DNA of 47,224 bases, taken from Escherichia phage ev099. Position numbers and translations under genes: made by a program. Below, piece after piece: positions 1-14,118 of this stretch. Under the pieces are notes generated by a model, which worked only from the letters and a program-made list of their open reading frames with translations, had not been told where the DNA came from and ran no database searches. The stretch lies in the sequence record NC_049953.1, one strand, 5' to 3'. How positions within the stretch are numbered: the first letter of the stretch is position 1; the number at the start of each line of letters is the position of its first letter.

Positions 1-33
1 TCGTCGGCAGCGTCAGATGTGTATAAGAGACAG
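1..33. other. Illumina Nextera read-1 / Tn5 mosaic-end adapter (sequencing artefact)
   Basis: Bases 1-33 are TCGTCGGCAGCGTC followed by AGATGTGTATAAGAGACAG, then lambda left-end sequence begins. Confidence 0.95.
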
Positions 34-175
34 GGTTTAAGGTGTTTCCGTTCTTCTTCGTCGTAACTTAATGTTTTTATTTAAAATACCCCCTGAAAAG
101 AAAGGAAACGACAGGTGCTGAAAGCGAGCTTTTTGGCCTCTGTCGTTTCCTTTCTCTGTTTTTGTCCGTGGAATG
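34..175 (+). promoter_or_regulatory. cosB-like terminase binding region upstream of nu1
   Basis: Sequence matches lambda left end from about 45 nt inside the genome; position immediately upstream of nu1. Confidence 0.45.
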
Positions 176-179
176 AACA

Positions 180-699
180 ATGGAAGTCAACAAAAAGCAG
201 CTGGCTGACATTTTCGGTGCGAGTATCCGTACCATTCAGAACTGGCAGGAACAGGGAATGCCCGTTCTGCGAGGCGGTGGCAAGGGTAATGAGGTGCTTT
301 ATGACTCTGCCGCCGTCATAAAATGGTATGCCGAAAGGGATGCTGAAATTGAGAACGAAAAGCTGCGCCGGGAGGTTGAAGAACTGCGGCAGGCCAGCGA
401 GGCAGATCTCCAGCCAGGGACTATTGAGTACGAACGCCATCGACTTACGCGTGCGCAGGCCGACGCACAGGAACTGAAGAATGCCAGAGACTCCGCTGAA
501 GTGGTGGAAACCGCATTCTGTACTTTCGTGTTGTCGCGGATCGCAGGCGAAATTGCCAGTATTCTCGACGGGATCCCCCTGTCGGTGCAGCGGCGTTTTC
601 CGGAACTGGAAAACCGACATGTTGATTTCCTGAAACGGGATATCATCAAAGCCATGAACAAAGCAGCCGCGCTGGATGAACTGATACCGGGGTTGCTGA

Positions 700-725
<26 letters not shown>
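180..725 (+). CDS. nu1: terminase small subunit
   Basis: 181-aa ORF, first gene after cos, lambda Nu1 sequence and position. Confidence 0.95.
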
Positions 726-4406
<3,681 letters not shown>

Positions 4407-4426
<20 letters not shown>

Positions 4427-5726
4427 TCTCCCGCATATTGCCAGTATGGCTTTTAATGAGCCGCTGATGCTTGAACCCGCCTATGCGCGGGTTTTCTTTT
4501 GTGCGCTTGCAGGCCAGCTTGGGATCAGCCGCCTGACGGATGCGGTGTCCGGCGACAGCCTGACTGCCCAGGAGGCACTCGCGACGCTGGCATTATCCGG
4601 TGATGATGACGGACCACGACAGGCCCGCAGTTATCAGGTCATGAACGGCATCGCCGTGCTGCCGGTGTCCGGCACGCTGGTCAGCCGGACGCGGGCGCTG
4701 CAGCCGTACTCGGGGATGACCGGTTACAACGGCATTATCGCCCGTCTGCAACAGGCTGCCAGCGACCCGATGGTGGACGGCATTCTGCTCGATATGGACA
4801 CGCCAGGCGGAATGGTGGCGGGGGCATTTGACTGCGCTGACATCATCGCCCGTGTGCGTGACATAAAACCGGTATGGGCGCTGGCCAACGACATGAACTG
4901 CAGTGCAGGTCAGCTGCTTGCCAGTGCCGCCTCCCGGCGTCTGGTCACGCAGACCGCCCGGACAGGCTCCATCGGCGTCATGATGGCTCACAGTAATTAC
5001 GGTGCTGCCCTGGAGAAACAGGGTGTGGAAATCACGCTGATTTACAGCGGCAGCCATAAGGTGGATGGCAATCCCTACAGCCATCTTCCGGATGACGTCC
5101 GGGAGACACTGCAGTCCCGGATGGACGCAACCCGCCAGATGTTTGCACAGAAGGTGTCGGCATATACCGGCCTGTCTGTGCAGGCTGTGCTGGATACCGA
5201 GGCTGCAGTGTACAGCGGTCAGGAGGCCATTGATGCCGGACTGGCTGATGAACTTGTTAACAGCACCGATGCGATCACCGTCATGCGTGATGCACTGGAT
5301 GCGCGTAAATCCCGTCTCTCAGGAGGGCGAATGACCAAAGAGACTCAATCAACAACTGTTTCAGCCACTGCTTCGCAGACTGACGTTACTGACGTGGTGC
5401 CAGCGACGGAGGGCGAAAACGCCAGCGCGGCGCAGCCGGACGTGAACGCGCAGATCACCGCTGCGGTTGCGGCAGAAAACAGCCGCATTATGGGGATCCT
5501 CAACTGTGAGGAGGCTCACGGACGCGAAGAACAGGCCCGCGTGCTGGCCGAAACCCCCGGTATGACCGTGGAAACGGCCCGCCGCATTCTGGCAGCTGCA
5601 CCACAGAGTGCACAGGCGCGCAGTGACACTGCGCTGGATCGTCTGATGCAGGGGGCACCGGCACCGCTGGCTGCAGGTAACCCGGCATCTGATGCCGTTA
5701 ACGATTTGCTGAACACACCAGTGTAA
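4407..5726 (+). CDS. C: capsid assembly protease / scaffold C
   Basis: GTG start at 4407 (MTAELRNLPHIASMAF...), 439 aa; the longer ORF-track start at 4260 lies inside B. Confidence 0.9.
5121..5726 (+). CDS. nu3: scaffolding protein Nu3 (in-frame internal start within C)
   Basis: ATG at 5121 in C frame, same stop; lambda arrangement. Confidence 0.75.
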   Translation: MDATRQMFAQKVSAYTGLSVQAVLDTEAAVYSGQEAIDAGLADELVNSTDAITVMRDALDARKSRLSGGRMTKETQSTTVSATASQTDVTDVVPATEGENASAAQPDVNAQITAAVAAENSRIMGILNCEEAHGREEQARVLAETPGMTVETARRILAAAPQSAQARSDTALDRLMQGAPAPLAAGNPASDAVNDLLNTPV

Positions 5727-5735
5727 GGGATGTTT

Positions 5736-6068
5736 ATGACGAGCAAAGAAACCTTTACCCATTACCAGCCGCTGGGCAACAGTGACCCGGCACATACGGC
5801 AACCGCGCCCGGCGGATTGAGTGCGAAAGCGCCTGCAATGACCCCGCTGATGCTGGATACCTCCACCCGTAAGCTGGTTGCGTGGGATGGCACCACCGAC
5901 GGTGCTGCCGTTGGCATTCTGGCGGTTGATGCTGACCAGACCAGCACCACGCTGACGTTCTACAAGTCCGGCACGTTCCGTTATGAGGATGTGCTCTGGC
6001 CGGAGGCTGCCAGCGACGAGACGAAAAAACGGACCGCGTTTGCCGGAACGGCAATCAGCATCGTTTAA
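5736..6068 (+). CDS. D: head decoration protein
   Basis: 110 aa from [15 protein letters not shown]...; lambda gpD. Confidence 0.95.
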   Translation: MTSKETFTHYQPLGNSDPAHTATAPGGLSAKAPAMTPLMLDTSTRKLVAWDGTTDGAAVGILAVDADQTSTTLTFYKSGTFRYEDVLWPEAASDETKKRTAFAGTAISIV

Positions 6069-6088
6069 CTTTACCCTTCATCACTAAA

Positions 6089-6112
6089 GGCCGCCTGTGC
6101 GGCTTTTTTTAC
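6089..6112 (+). terminator. stem-loop plus T-run between D and E (possible partial terminator)
   Basis: ggccgc-ctgt-gcggc followed by ttttttt. Confidence 0.45.
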
Positions 6113-6123
6113 GGGATTTTTTT

Positions 6124-7149
6124 ATGTCGATGTACACAACCGCCCAGCTGCTGGCGGCAAATGAGCAGAAATTTAAGTTTGATCCGCTGTTTCTGCGTCT
6201 CTTTTTCCGTGAGAGCTATCCCTTCACTACGGAGAAAGTCTATCTCTCACAAATTCCGGGACTGGTAAACATGGCGCTGTACGTTTCGCCGATTGTTTCC
6301 GGTGAGGTTATCCGTTCCCGTGGCGGCTCCACCTCTGAATTTACGCCGGGATATGTCAAACCCAAGCATGAAGTGAATCCGCAGATGACCCTGCGTCGCC
6401 TGCCGGATGAAGATCCGCAGAATCTGGCGGACCCGGCTTACCGCCGCCGTCGCATCATCCTGCAGAACATGCGTGACGAAGAGCTGGCCATTGCTCAGGT
6501 CGAAGAGATGCAGGCAGTTTCTGCCGTGCTCAAGGGCAAATACACCATGACCGGTGAAGCCTTCGATCCGGTTGAGGTGGATATGGGCCGCAGTGCGGCG
6601 AACAACATCACGCAGTCCGGCGGCACGGAGTGGAGCAAGCGTGACAAGTCCACGTATGACCCGACCGACGATATCGAAGCCTACGCGCTGAACGCCAGCG
6701 GCGTGGTGAATATCATCGTGTTTGACCCGAAAGGCTGGGCGCTGTTCCGTTCCTTCAAAGCCGTCAGGGAGAAGCTGGATACCCGTCGCGGCTCTCATTC
6801 CGAACTGGAGACAGCGGTAAAAGACCTGGGCAAAGCGGTGTCTTATAAGGGAATGTATGGCGATGTGGCCATCGTCGTGTATTCCGGACAGTACGTGGAA
6901 AACGGCGTCAAAAAGAACTTCCTGCCGGACAACACGATGGTGCTGGGTAACACTCATGCACGCGGTCTGCGCACCTATGGCTGTATTCAGGATGCGGATG
7001 CATTGAGTGAGGGTATTAATGCGTCTCCCCGTTATCCGAAAAACTGGAAGACATCCGGCGATCCGGCGCGAGAGTTCACCATGATTCAGTCAGCACCGCT
7101 GATGCTGCTGGCTGATCCTGATGAGTTCGTGTCCGTTCAACTGGCGTAA
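6124..7149 (+). CDS. E: major capsid protein
   Basis: 341 aa from MSMYTTAQLLAANEQ...; lambda gpE. Confidence 0.97.
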   Translation: MSMYTTAQLLAANEQKFKFDPLFLRLFFRESYPFTTEKVYLSQIPGLVNMALYVSPIVSGEVIRSRGGSTSEFTPGYVKPKHEVNPQMTLRRLPDEDPQNLADPAYRRRRIILQNMRDEELAIAQVEEMQAVSAVLKGKYTMTGEAFDPVEVDMGRSAANNITQSGGTEWSKRDKSTYDPTDDIEAYALNASGVVNIIVFDPKGWALFRSFKAVREKLDTRRGSHSELETAVKDLGKAVSYKGMYGDVAIVVYSGQYVENGVKKNFLPDNTMVLGNTHARGLRTYGCIQDADALSEGINASPRYPKNWKTSGDPAREFTMIQSAPLMLLADPDEFVSVQLA

Positions 7150-7190
7150 TCATGGCCCTTCGGGGCCATTGTCTCTCTGTGGAGGAGTCC

Positions 7191-7586
7191 ATGACGAAAG
7201 ATGAACTGATTGCCCGTCTCCGGTCGCTGGGTGAGCAACTGAACCGTGATGTCAGCCTGACGGGGACGAAAGAAGAACTGGCGCTCCGTGTGGCAGAGCT
7301 GGAAGAGGAGCTTGATGACAAGGATGACGGAGCCGGTCAGGACACGTCTGTCAGCCCGGAAAATGCGCTGACCGGACATGAAAATGAGGTGGTATCAGCA
7401 CAGACGGATACCGTGACTGATACGGCTGTTCTGGTCACGGTTGTGGCACTGGTGACGCTGCATACCGATGCACTTCACGCCACGCGGGATGAACCTGTGG
7501 CATTTGTGCTGCCGGGAACGGCGTTTCGTGTCTCTGCCGGTGTGGCAGCCGAAATGACAGAGCGCGGCCTGGCCAGAATGCAATAA
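7191..7586 (+). CDS. FI: DNA packaging protein FI
   Basis: 131 aa, MTKDELIARLRSLGEQ...; central linker differs from lambda as recalled. Confidence 0.9.
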   Translation: MTKDELIARLRSLGEQLNRDVSLTGTKEELALRVAELEEELDDKDDGAGQDTSVSPENALTGHENEVVSAQTDTVTDTAVLVTVVALVTLHTDALHATRDEPVAFVLPGTAFRVSAGVAAEMTERGLARMQ

Positions 7587-7597
7587 CGGGAGGCGCT

Positions 7598-7951
7598 GTG
7601 GCTGATTTCGATAACCTGTTCGATGCTGCCATTGTCCGCGCCGATGAAACGATACGCGGGTACATGGGAACGTCAGCCACCATGACATCCGGTGAGCAGT
7701 CCGGCGCAGTAATACGTGGTGTTTTTGATGACCCTGAAAATATCAGCTATGCCGGACAGGGCGTGCGCGTTGAAGGCTCCAGCCCGTCCCTGTTTGTCCG
7801 GACTGATGATGTGCGGCAGCTGCGGCGTGGAGACACGCTGACCATCGGTGAGGAAAACTTCTGGATAGACCGGGTTTCGCCGGATGATGGTGGAAGCTGT
7901 CATCTCTGGCTTGGGCGGGGCGTACCGCCTGCCGTTAACCGTCGCCGCTGA
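7598..7951 (+). CDS. FII: head-tail connector FII
   Basis: 117 aa, GTG start, ADFDNLFDAAIVRADE... Confidence 0.9.
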   Translation: MADFDNLFDAAIVRADETIRGYMGTSATMTSGEQSGAVIRGVFDDPENISYAGQGVRVEGSSPSLFVRTDDVRQLRRGDTLTIGEENFWIDRVSPDDGGSCHLWLGRGVPPAVNRRR

Positions 7952-7962
7952 AAGGGGGATGT

Positions 7963-8541
7963 ATGGCCATAAAAGGTCTTGAGCAGGCCGTTGAAAACCT
8001 CAGCCGTATCAGCAAAACGGCGGTGCCTGGTGCCGCCGCAATGGCCATTAACCGCGTTGCTTCATCCGTGATATCGCAGTCTGCGTCACAGGTTGCCCGT
8101 GAGACAAAGGTACGCCGGAAACTGGTAAAGGAAAGGGCCAGGCTGAAAAGGGCCACGGTCAAAAATCCGCAGGCCAGAATCAAAGTTAACCGGGGGGATT
8201 TGCCCGTAATCAAGCTGGGTAATGCGCGGGTTGTCCTGTCCCGCCGCAGGCGTCGTAAAAAGGGGCAGCGTTCATCCCTGAAAGGTGGCGGCAGCGTGCT
8301 TGTGGTGGGTAACCGTCGTATTCCCGGCGCGTTTATTCAGCAACTGAAAAATGGCCGGTGGCATGTCATGCAGCGTGTGGCCGGGAAAAACCGTTACCCC
8401 ATTGATGTGGTGAAAATCCCGATGGCGGTGCCGCTGACCACGGCGTTTAAACAAAATATTGAGCGGATACGGCGTGAACGTCTTCCGAAAGAGCTGGGCT
8501 ATGCGCTGCAGCATCAACTGAGGATGGTAATAAAGCGATGA
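7963..8541 (+). CDS. Z: tail terminator/tail completion protein Z
   Basis: 192 aa, lambda order. Confidence 0.93.
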   Translation: MAIKGLEQAVENLSRISKTAVPGAAAMAINRVASSVISQSASQVARETKVRRKLVKERARLKRATVKNPQARIKVNRGDLPVIKLGNARVVLSRRRRRKKGQRSSLKGGGSVLVVGNRRIPGAFIQQLKNGRWHVMQRVAGKNRYPIDVVKIPMAVPLTTAFKQNIERIRRERLPKELGYALQHQLRMVIKR

Positions 8542-8933
8542 AACATACTGAACTCCGTGCAGCCGTACTGGATGCACTGGAGAAGCATGACACCGGGGCG
8601 ACGCTTTTTGATGGTCGCCCCGCTGTTTTTGATGAGGAAGATTTTCCGGCAATTGCCGTTTATCTCACCGGCGCTGAATACACGGGCGAAGAGCTGGACA
8701 GCGATACCTGGCAGGCGGAGCTGCATATCGAAGTTTTCCTGCCTGCTCAGGTGCCGGATTCAGAGCTGGATGCGTGGATGGAGTCCCGGATTTATCCGGT
8801 GATGAGCGATATCCCGGCACTGTCAGATTTGATCACCAGTATGGTGGCCAGCGGCTATGACTACCGGCGCGACGATGATGCGGGCCTGTGGAGTTCAGCC
8901 GATCTGACTTATGTCATTACCTATGAAATGTGA
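8538..8933 (+). CDS. U: tail tube terminator protein U
   Basis: 131 aa, ATGA overlap with Z. Confidence 0.93.
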   Translation: MKHTELRAAVLDALEKHDTGATLFDGRPAVFDEEDFPAIAVYLTGAEYTGEELDSDTWQAELHIEVFLPAQVPDSELDAWMESRIYPVMSDIPALSDLITSMVASGYDYRRDDDAGLWSSADLTYVITYEM

Positions 8934-8940
8934 GGACGCT

Positions 8941-9681
8941 ATGCCTGTACCAAATCCTACAATGCCGGTGAAAGGTGCCGGGACCACCCTGTGGGTTTAT
9001 AAGGGGAGCGGTGACCCTTATGCGAATCCGCTTTCAGACGTTGACTGGTCGCGTCTGGCAAAAGTTAAAGACCTGACGCCCGGCGAACTGACCGCTGAGT
9101 CCTATGACGACAGCTATCTCGATGATGAAGATGCAGACTGGACCGCGACCGGGCAGGGGCAGAAATCTGCCGGAGATACCAGCTTCACGCTGGCGTGGAT
9201 GCCCGGAGAGCAGGGGCAGCAGGCGCTGCTGGCGTGGTTTAATGAAGGCGATACCCGTGCCTATAAAATCCGCTTCCCGAACGGCACGGTCGATGTGTTC
9301 CGTGGCTGGGTCAGCAGTATCGGTAAGGCGGTGACGGCGAAGGAAGTGATCACCCGCACGGTGAAAGTCACCAATGTGGGACGTCCGTCGATGGCAGAAG
9401 ATCGCAACACGGTAACAGCGGCAACCGGTATGACCGTGACGCCAGCCAGCGCTTCCGTAGTGAAAGGGAAGAGCACCACGCTGACCGTGGCATTCCAGCC
9501 GGAAGGCGCAACCGACAAGAGCTTCCGTGCGGTGTCTGCGGATAAAACAAAAGCCACCGTGTCGGTCAGTGGTATGACCATCACCGTGAAAGGTGTTGCT
9601 GCAGGCAAGGTCAACATTCCGGTTGTATCCGGTAATGGTGAACTTGCTGTGGTTGCAGAAATCACCGTCACCGACAGTTAA
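8941..9681 (+). CDS. V: major tail tube protein V
   Basis: 246 aa from [16 protein letters not shown]... Confidence 0.95.
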   Translation: MPVPNPTMPVKGAGTTLWVYKGSGDPYANPLSDVDWSRLAKVKDLTPGELTAESYDDSYLDDEDADWTATGQGQKSAGDTSFTLAWMPGEQGQQALLAWFNEGDTRAYKIRFPNGTVDVFRGWVSSIGKAVTAKEVITRTVKVTNVGRPSMAEDRNTVTAATGMTVTPASASVVKGKSTTLTVAFQPEGATDKSFRAVSADKTKATVSVSGMTITVKGVAAGKVNIPVVSGNGELAVVAEITVTDS

Positions 9682-9696
9682 TCCGGAGAGTCAGCG

Positions 9697-10119
9697 ATGT
9701 TCCTGAAAACCGAATCATTTGAATATAACGGTGTGAGCGTCACGCTTTCTGAACTGTCAGCCCTGCAGCGAATTGAGCATCTCGCCCTGCTGAAACGACA
9801 GGCAGAACAGGCGGGATCCAGTCTCAATCGACAGGTGAGCGTGGAAGATCTCGTCAGAACCGGTGCTTTTCTGGTGGCGATGTCCCTGTGGCATAGCCAT
9901 CCGCAGAAGACAAAGATGCCGTCCATGAATGAAGCCGTTAAACAAATTGAGCAGGAAGTGCTTACCACCTGGCCCGCAGAGGCAATTGCTCAGGCTGAAA
10001 ATGTGGTAATGCGTCTGTCCGGTATGTCTGAGTTTGTTGTGAATGATGCACCTGAACAGGCAGATGACGCCGGGCCAGCAGAGCCTGTTTCTGCGGGAAA
10101 GTGTTCGACGGTGAGCTGA
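9697..10119 (+). CDS. G: tail assembly chaperone G
   Basis: 140 aa ending ...PVSAGKCSTVS. Confidence 0.93.
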   Translation: MFLKTESFEYNGVSVTLSELSALQRIEHLALLKRQAEQAGSSLNRQVSVEDLVRTGAFLVAMSLWHSHPQKTKMPSMNEAVKQIEQEVLTTWPAEAIAQAENVVMRLSGMSEFVVNDAPEQADDAGPAEPVSAGKCSTVS

Positions 10120-10535
10120 GTTTTGCCCTGAAACTGGCGCGTGAGATGGGGCGACCCGACTGGCGCGCCATGCTTGCCGGGATGTCATCCACGGAGTATG
10201 CCGACTGGCACCGCTTTTACAGTACCCATTATTTTCATGATGTTCTGCTGGATATGCACTTTTCCGGGCTGACGTACACCGTACTCAGCCTGTTTTTCAG
10301 CGATCCGGATATGCATCCGCTGGATTTCAGTCTGCTGAACCGGCGCGAGGCTGACGAAGAACCTGAAGATGATGTGCTGATGCAGAAAGCGGCAGGGCTT
10401 GCCGGAGGTGTCCGCTTTGGCCCGGACGGGAATGAAGTTATCCCCGCTTCCCCGGATGTGGCGGACATGACGGAGGATGACGTAATGCTGATGACAGTAT
10501 CAGAAGGGATCGCAGGAGGAGTCCGGTATGGCTGA
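9697..10535 (+). CDS. T: tail assembly chaperone G-T fusion made by programmed -1 frameshift
   Basis: Slippery G GGA AAG at 10095-10101 in G frame; the -1 frame continues as VFDGELSFALKLAREMG... to 10535. Confidence 0.85.
10095..10101 (+). promoter_or_regulatory. -1 ribosomal frameshift slippery heptamer GGGAAAG
   Basis: X XXY YYZ pattern positioned in G reading frame near G stop. Confidence 0.85.
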
Positions 10536-13089
10536 ACCGGTAGGCGATCTGGTCGTTGATTTAAGTCTGGATGCGGCCAGATTTGACGAGCAGATGGCCA
10601 GAGTCAGGCGTCATTTTTCCGGTACGGAAAGTGATGCGAAAAAAACAGCGGCAGTCGTTGAACAGTCGCTGAGCCGACAGGCGCTGGCTGCACAGAAAGC
10701 GGGGATTTCCGTCGGGCAGTATAAAGCCGCCATGCGTATGCTGCCTGCACAGTTCACCGACGTGGCCACGCAGCTTGCAGGCGGGCAAAGTCCGTGGCTG
10801 ATCCTGCTGCAACAGGGTGGTCAGGTTAAGGACTCCTTCGGCGGGATGATCCCCATGTTCAGGGGGCTTGCCGGTGCGATCACCCTGCCGATGGTGGGGG
10901 CCACCTCGCTGGCGGTGGCGACCGGTGCGCTGGCGTATGCCTGGTATCAGGGCAACTCAACCCTGTCCGATTTCAACAAAACGCTGGTCCTTTCCGGCAA
11001 TCAGTCGGGACTGACGGCAGATCGTATTCTGGCCCTGTCCAGAGCCGGGCAGGCGGCAGGGCTGACGTTTAACCAGACCAGCGAGTCACTGACGGCGCTG
11101 GTGAATGCCGGTGTGCGTGGTGGTGAGCAGTTTGAGGCGATCAGCCAGAGTGTGGCGCGTTTCTCCTCTGCATCCGGCGTGGAGGTGGACAAGGTCGCTG
11201 AAGCCTTCGGGAAGCTGACCACAGACCCGACGTCGGGACTGACAGCGATGGCACGTCAGTTCCATAACGTGACGGCGGAGCAGATTGCGTATGTTGCTCA
11301 GTTGCAGCGTTCCGGCGATGAAGCCGGGGCATTGCAGGCGGCGAACGAGGCCGCGACGAAAGGGTTTGATGACCAGACCCGCCGCCTGAAAGAGAACATG
11401 GGTACGCTGGAGACCTGGGCAGACAGGACAGCGCGGGCATTCAAATCCATGTGGGATGCGGTGCTGGATATTGGTCGTCCTGATACCGCGCAGGAGATGC
11501 TGATTAAGGCAGAGGCTGCGTTTAAGAAAGCGGACGACATCTGGAGTCTGCGCAAGGATGATTATTTTGTTAACGATGAAGCGCGGGCGCGTTACTGGGA
11601 TGATCGTGAAAAGGCCCGTCTTGCGCTTGAAGCCGCGAGAAAGAAGGCTGAACAGCAGAGTCAACAGGACACAAATGCGCAGCAGCAGAGCGATACTGAA
11701 GCGTCACGGCTGAAATATACCGAAGAGGCGCAGAAGGCTTACGAACGGCTGCAGACGCCGCTGGAGAAATATACCGCCCGTCAGGAAGAACTGAACAAGG
11801 CACTGAAGGACGGGAAAATTCTGCAGGCAGATTACAACACGCTGATGGCGGCGGCGAAAAAGGACTATGAAGCGACGCTGAAAAAGCCGAAACAGTCCGG
11901 CGTGAAGGTGTCTGCGGGCGATCGTCAGGAAGACAGTGCTCATGCTGCCCTGCTGACGCTTCAGGCTGAACTCCGGACGCTGGAGAAGCATGCCGGAGCA
12001 AATGAGAAAATCAGCCAGCAGCGCCGGGATTTGTGGAAGGCGGAGAGTCAGTTCGCGGTACTGGAGGAGGCGGCGCAACGTCGCCAGCTGTCTGCACAGG
12101 AGAAATCCCTGCTGGCGCATAAAGATGAGACGCTGGAGTACAAACGCCAGCTGGCTGCACTTGGCGACAAGGTTACGTATCAGGAGCGCCTGAACGCGCT
12201 GGCGCAGCAGGCGGATAAATTCGCACAGCAGCAACGGGCAAAACGGGCCGCCATTGATGCGAAAAGCCGGGGGCTGACTGACCGGCAGGCAGCGCGGGAA
12301 GCCACAGAACAGCGCCTGAAGGAACAGTATGGCGATAATCCTCTGGCGCTGAATAACGTCATGTCAGAGCAGAAAAAGACCTGGGCGGCTGAAGACCAGC
12401 TTCGCGGGAGCTGGATGGCAGGCCTCAGGTCCGGCTGGAGTGAGTGGGAAGAGAGCGCCACGGACAGTATGTCGCAGGTTAAAAGTGCAGCCGCGCAGAC
12501 CTTTGATGGTATTGCGCAGAATATGGCGGCGATGCTGACCGGCAGTGAGCAGAACTGGCGCAGCTTCACCCGTTCCGTGCTGTCCATGATGACAGAAATT
12601 CTGCTTAAGCAGGCAATGGTGGGGATTGTCGGGAGTATCGGCAGCGCCATTGGCGGTGCTGCCAGTGGTGGAGCATCAGCGTCAGGCGGTACAGCCATTC
12701 AGGCAGCTGCGGCGAAATTCCATTTTGCGACCGGAGGATTTACGGGAACCGGCGGCAAATATGAGCCAGCGGGGATTGTTCACCGTGGTGAATTTGTCTT
12801 CACGAAGGAGGCAACCAGCCGGATTGGCGTGGGGAATCTTTACCGGCTGATGCGCGGCTATGCCACCGGCGGTTATGTCGGTACACCGGGCAGCATGGCA
12901 GACAGCCGGTCGCAGGCGTCCGGGACGTTTGAGCAGAATAACCATGTGGTGATTAACAACGACGGCACGAACGGGCAGATAGGTCCGGCTGCTCTGAAGG
13001 CAGTGTATGACATGGCCCGCAAGGGTGCCCGTGATGAAATCCAGGCACAGATGCGCGATGGTGGTCTGTTCTCCGGAGGTGGACGATGA
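10528..13089 (+). CDS. H: tail tape measure protein
   Basis: 853 aa, lambda gpH. Confidence 0.97.
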   Translation: MAEPVGDLVVDLSLDAARFDEQMARVRRHFSGTESDAKKTAAVVEQSLSRQALAAQKAGISVGQYKAAMRMLPAQFTDVATQLAGGQSPWLILLQQGGQVKDSFGGMIPMFRGLAGAITLPMVGATSLAVATGALAYAWYQGNSTLSDFNKTLVLSGNQSGLTADRILALSRAGQAAGLTFNQTSESLTALVNAGVRGGEQFEAISQSVARFSSASGVEVDKVAEAFGKLTTDPTSGLTAMARQFHNVTAEQIAYVAQLQRSGDEAGALQAANEAATKGFDDQTRRLKENMGTLETWADRTARAFKSMWDAVLDIGRPDTAQEMLIKAEAAFKKADDIWSLRKDDYFVNDEARARYWDDREKARLALEAARKKAEQQSQQDTNAQQQSDTEASRLKYTEEAQKAYERLQTPLEKYTARQEELNKALKDGKILQADYNTLMAAAKKDYEATLKKPKQSGVKVSAGDRQEDSAHAALLTLQAELRTLEKHAGANEKISQQRRDLWKAESQFAVLEEAAQRRQLSAQEKSLLAHKDETLEYKRQLAALGDKVTYQERLNALAQQADKFAQQQRAKRAAIDAKSRGLTDRQAAREATEQRLKEQYGDNPLALNNVMSEQKKTWAAEDQLRGSWMAGLRSGWSEWEESATDSMSQVKSAAAQTFDGIAQNMAAMLTGSEQNWRSFTRSVLSMMTEILLKQAMVGIVGSIGSAIGGAASGGASASGGTAIQAAAAKFHFATGGFTGTGGKYEPAGIVHRGEFVFTKEATSRIGVGNLYRLMRGYATGGYVGTPGSMADSRSQASGTFEQNNHVVINNDGTNGQIGPAALKAVYDMARKGARDEIQAQMRDGGLFSGGGR

Positions 13090-13415
13090 AAACCTTCCGC
13101 TGGAAAGTGAAACCCGGGATGGATGTGACATCGGCTCCTTCCGTCAGGGAGGTGCGCTTTGGTGATGGCTATTCCCAGCGTGCGCCTGCCGGGCTGAACG
13201 CTGACCTGAAAACGTACAGCGTGACGCTGTCTGTCTCCCGTGAGGAGGCCACGGCGCTGGAGTCGTTTCTGGAAGAGCACGGGGGCTGGAAATCCTTTCT
13301 GTGGACGCCGCCTTATGAGTGGCGGCAGATAAAGGTGACCTGCGCAAAATGGTCGTCGCGGGTCAGTATGTTGCGTGTTGAGTTCAGCGCAGAGTTTGAA
13401 CAGGTGGTGAACTGA
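13086..13415 (+). CDS. M: tail tip protein M
   Basis: 109 aa, lambda order. Confidence 0.93.
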   Translation: MKTFRWKVKPGMDVTSAPSVREVRFGDGYSQRAPAGLNADLKTYSVTLSVSREEATALESFLEEHGGWKSFLWTPPYEWRQIKVTCAKWSSRVSMLRVEFSAEFEQVVN

Positions 13416-14113
13416 TGCAGGATATCCGGCAGGAAACACTGAATGAATGCACCCGTGCGGAGCAGTCGGCCAGCGTGGTGCTCTGGGAAATCGACCTGAC
13501 AGAGGTCGGTGGAGAACGTTATTTTTTCTGTAATGAGCAGAACGAAAAAGGTGAGCCGGTCACCTGGCAGGGGCGACAGTATCAGCCGTATCCCATTCAG
13601 GGGAGCGGTTTTGAACTGAATGGCAAAGGCACCAGTACGCGCCCCACGCTGACGGTTTCTAACCTGCACGGCATGGTCACGGGGATGGCGGAAGACCTGC
13701 AGAGTCTGGTCGGCGGAACGGTGGTCAGGCGTAAGGTTTACGCCCGTTTTCTGGATGCGGTGAACTTCGTCAACGGAAACAGCGACGCCGATCCGGAGCA
13801 GGAGGTGATCAGCCGCTGGCGCATAGAGCAGTGCAGCGAACTGAGTGCGGTCAGTGCCTCCTTTGTGTTGTCCACACCGACGGAAACGGATGGTGCCGTT
13901 TTTCCGGGGCGCATCATGCTGGCTAATACCTGCACCTGGACCTATCGCGGTGATGAGTGCGGTTATCACGGTCCGGCGGTCGCGGATGAATATGACCAGC
14001 CGACCTCCGATATCACGAAGGATAAATGCAGCAAATGCCTGAGCGGCTGTAAGTTTCGCAATAACGTCGGCAACTTTGGCGGCTTCCTTTCCATTAACAA
14101 ACTTTCGCAGTAA
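13415..14113 (+). CDS. L: tail tip protein L
   Basis: 232 aa, lambda order. Confidence 0.93.
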   Translation: MQDIRQETLNECTRAEQSASVVLWEIDLTEVGGERYFFCNEQNEKGEPVTWQGRQYQPYPIQGSGFELNGKGTSTRPTLTVSNLHGMVTGMAEDLQSLVGGTVVRRKVYARFLDAVNFVNGNSDADPEQEVISRWRIEQCSELSAVSASFVLSTPTETDGAVFPGRIMLANTCTWTYRGDECGYHGPAVADEYDQPTSDITKDKCSKCLSGCKFRNNVGNFGGFLSINKLSQ

Positions 14114-14118
14114 ATCCC

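Noticed and set aside
6247-6957. 236-aa minus-strand ORF inside E, and similar antisense ORFs inside A (760-1527), H (11086-12698) and L (13313-14125)
   Set aside because: All lie entirely within conserved lambda structural genes on the opposite strand; no independent support
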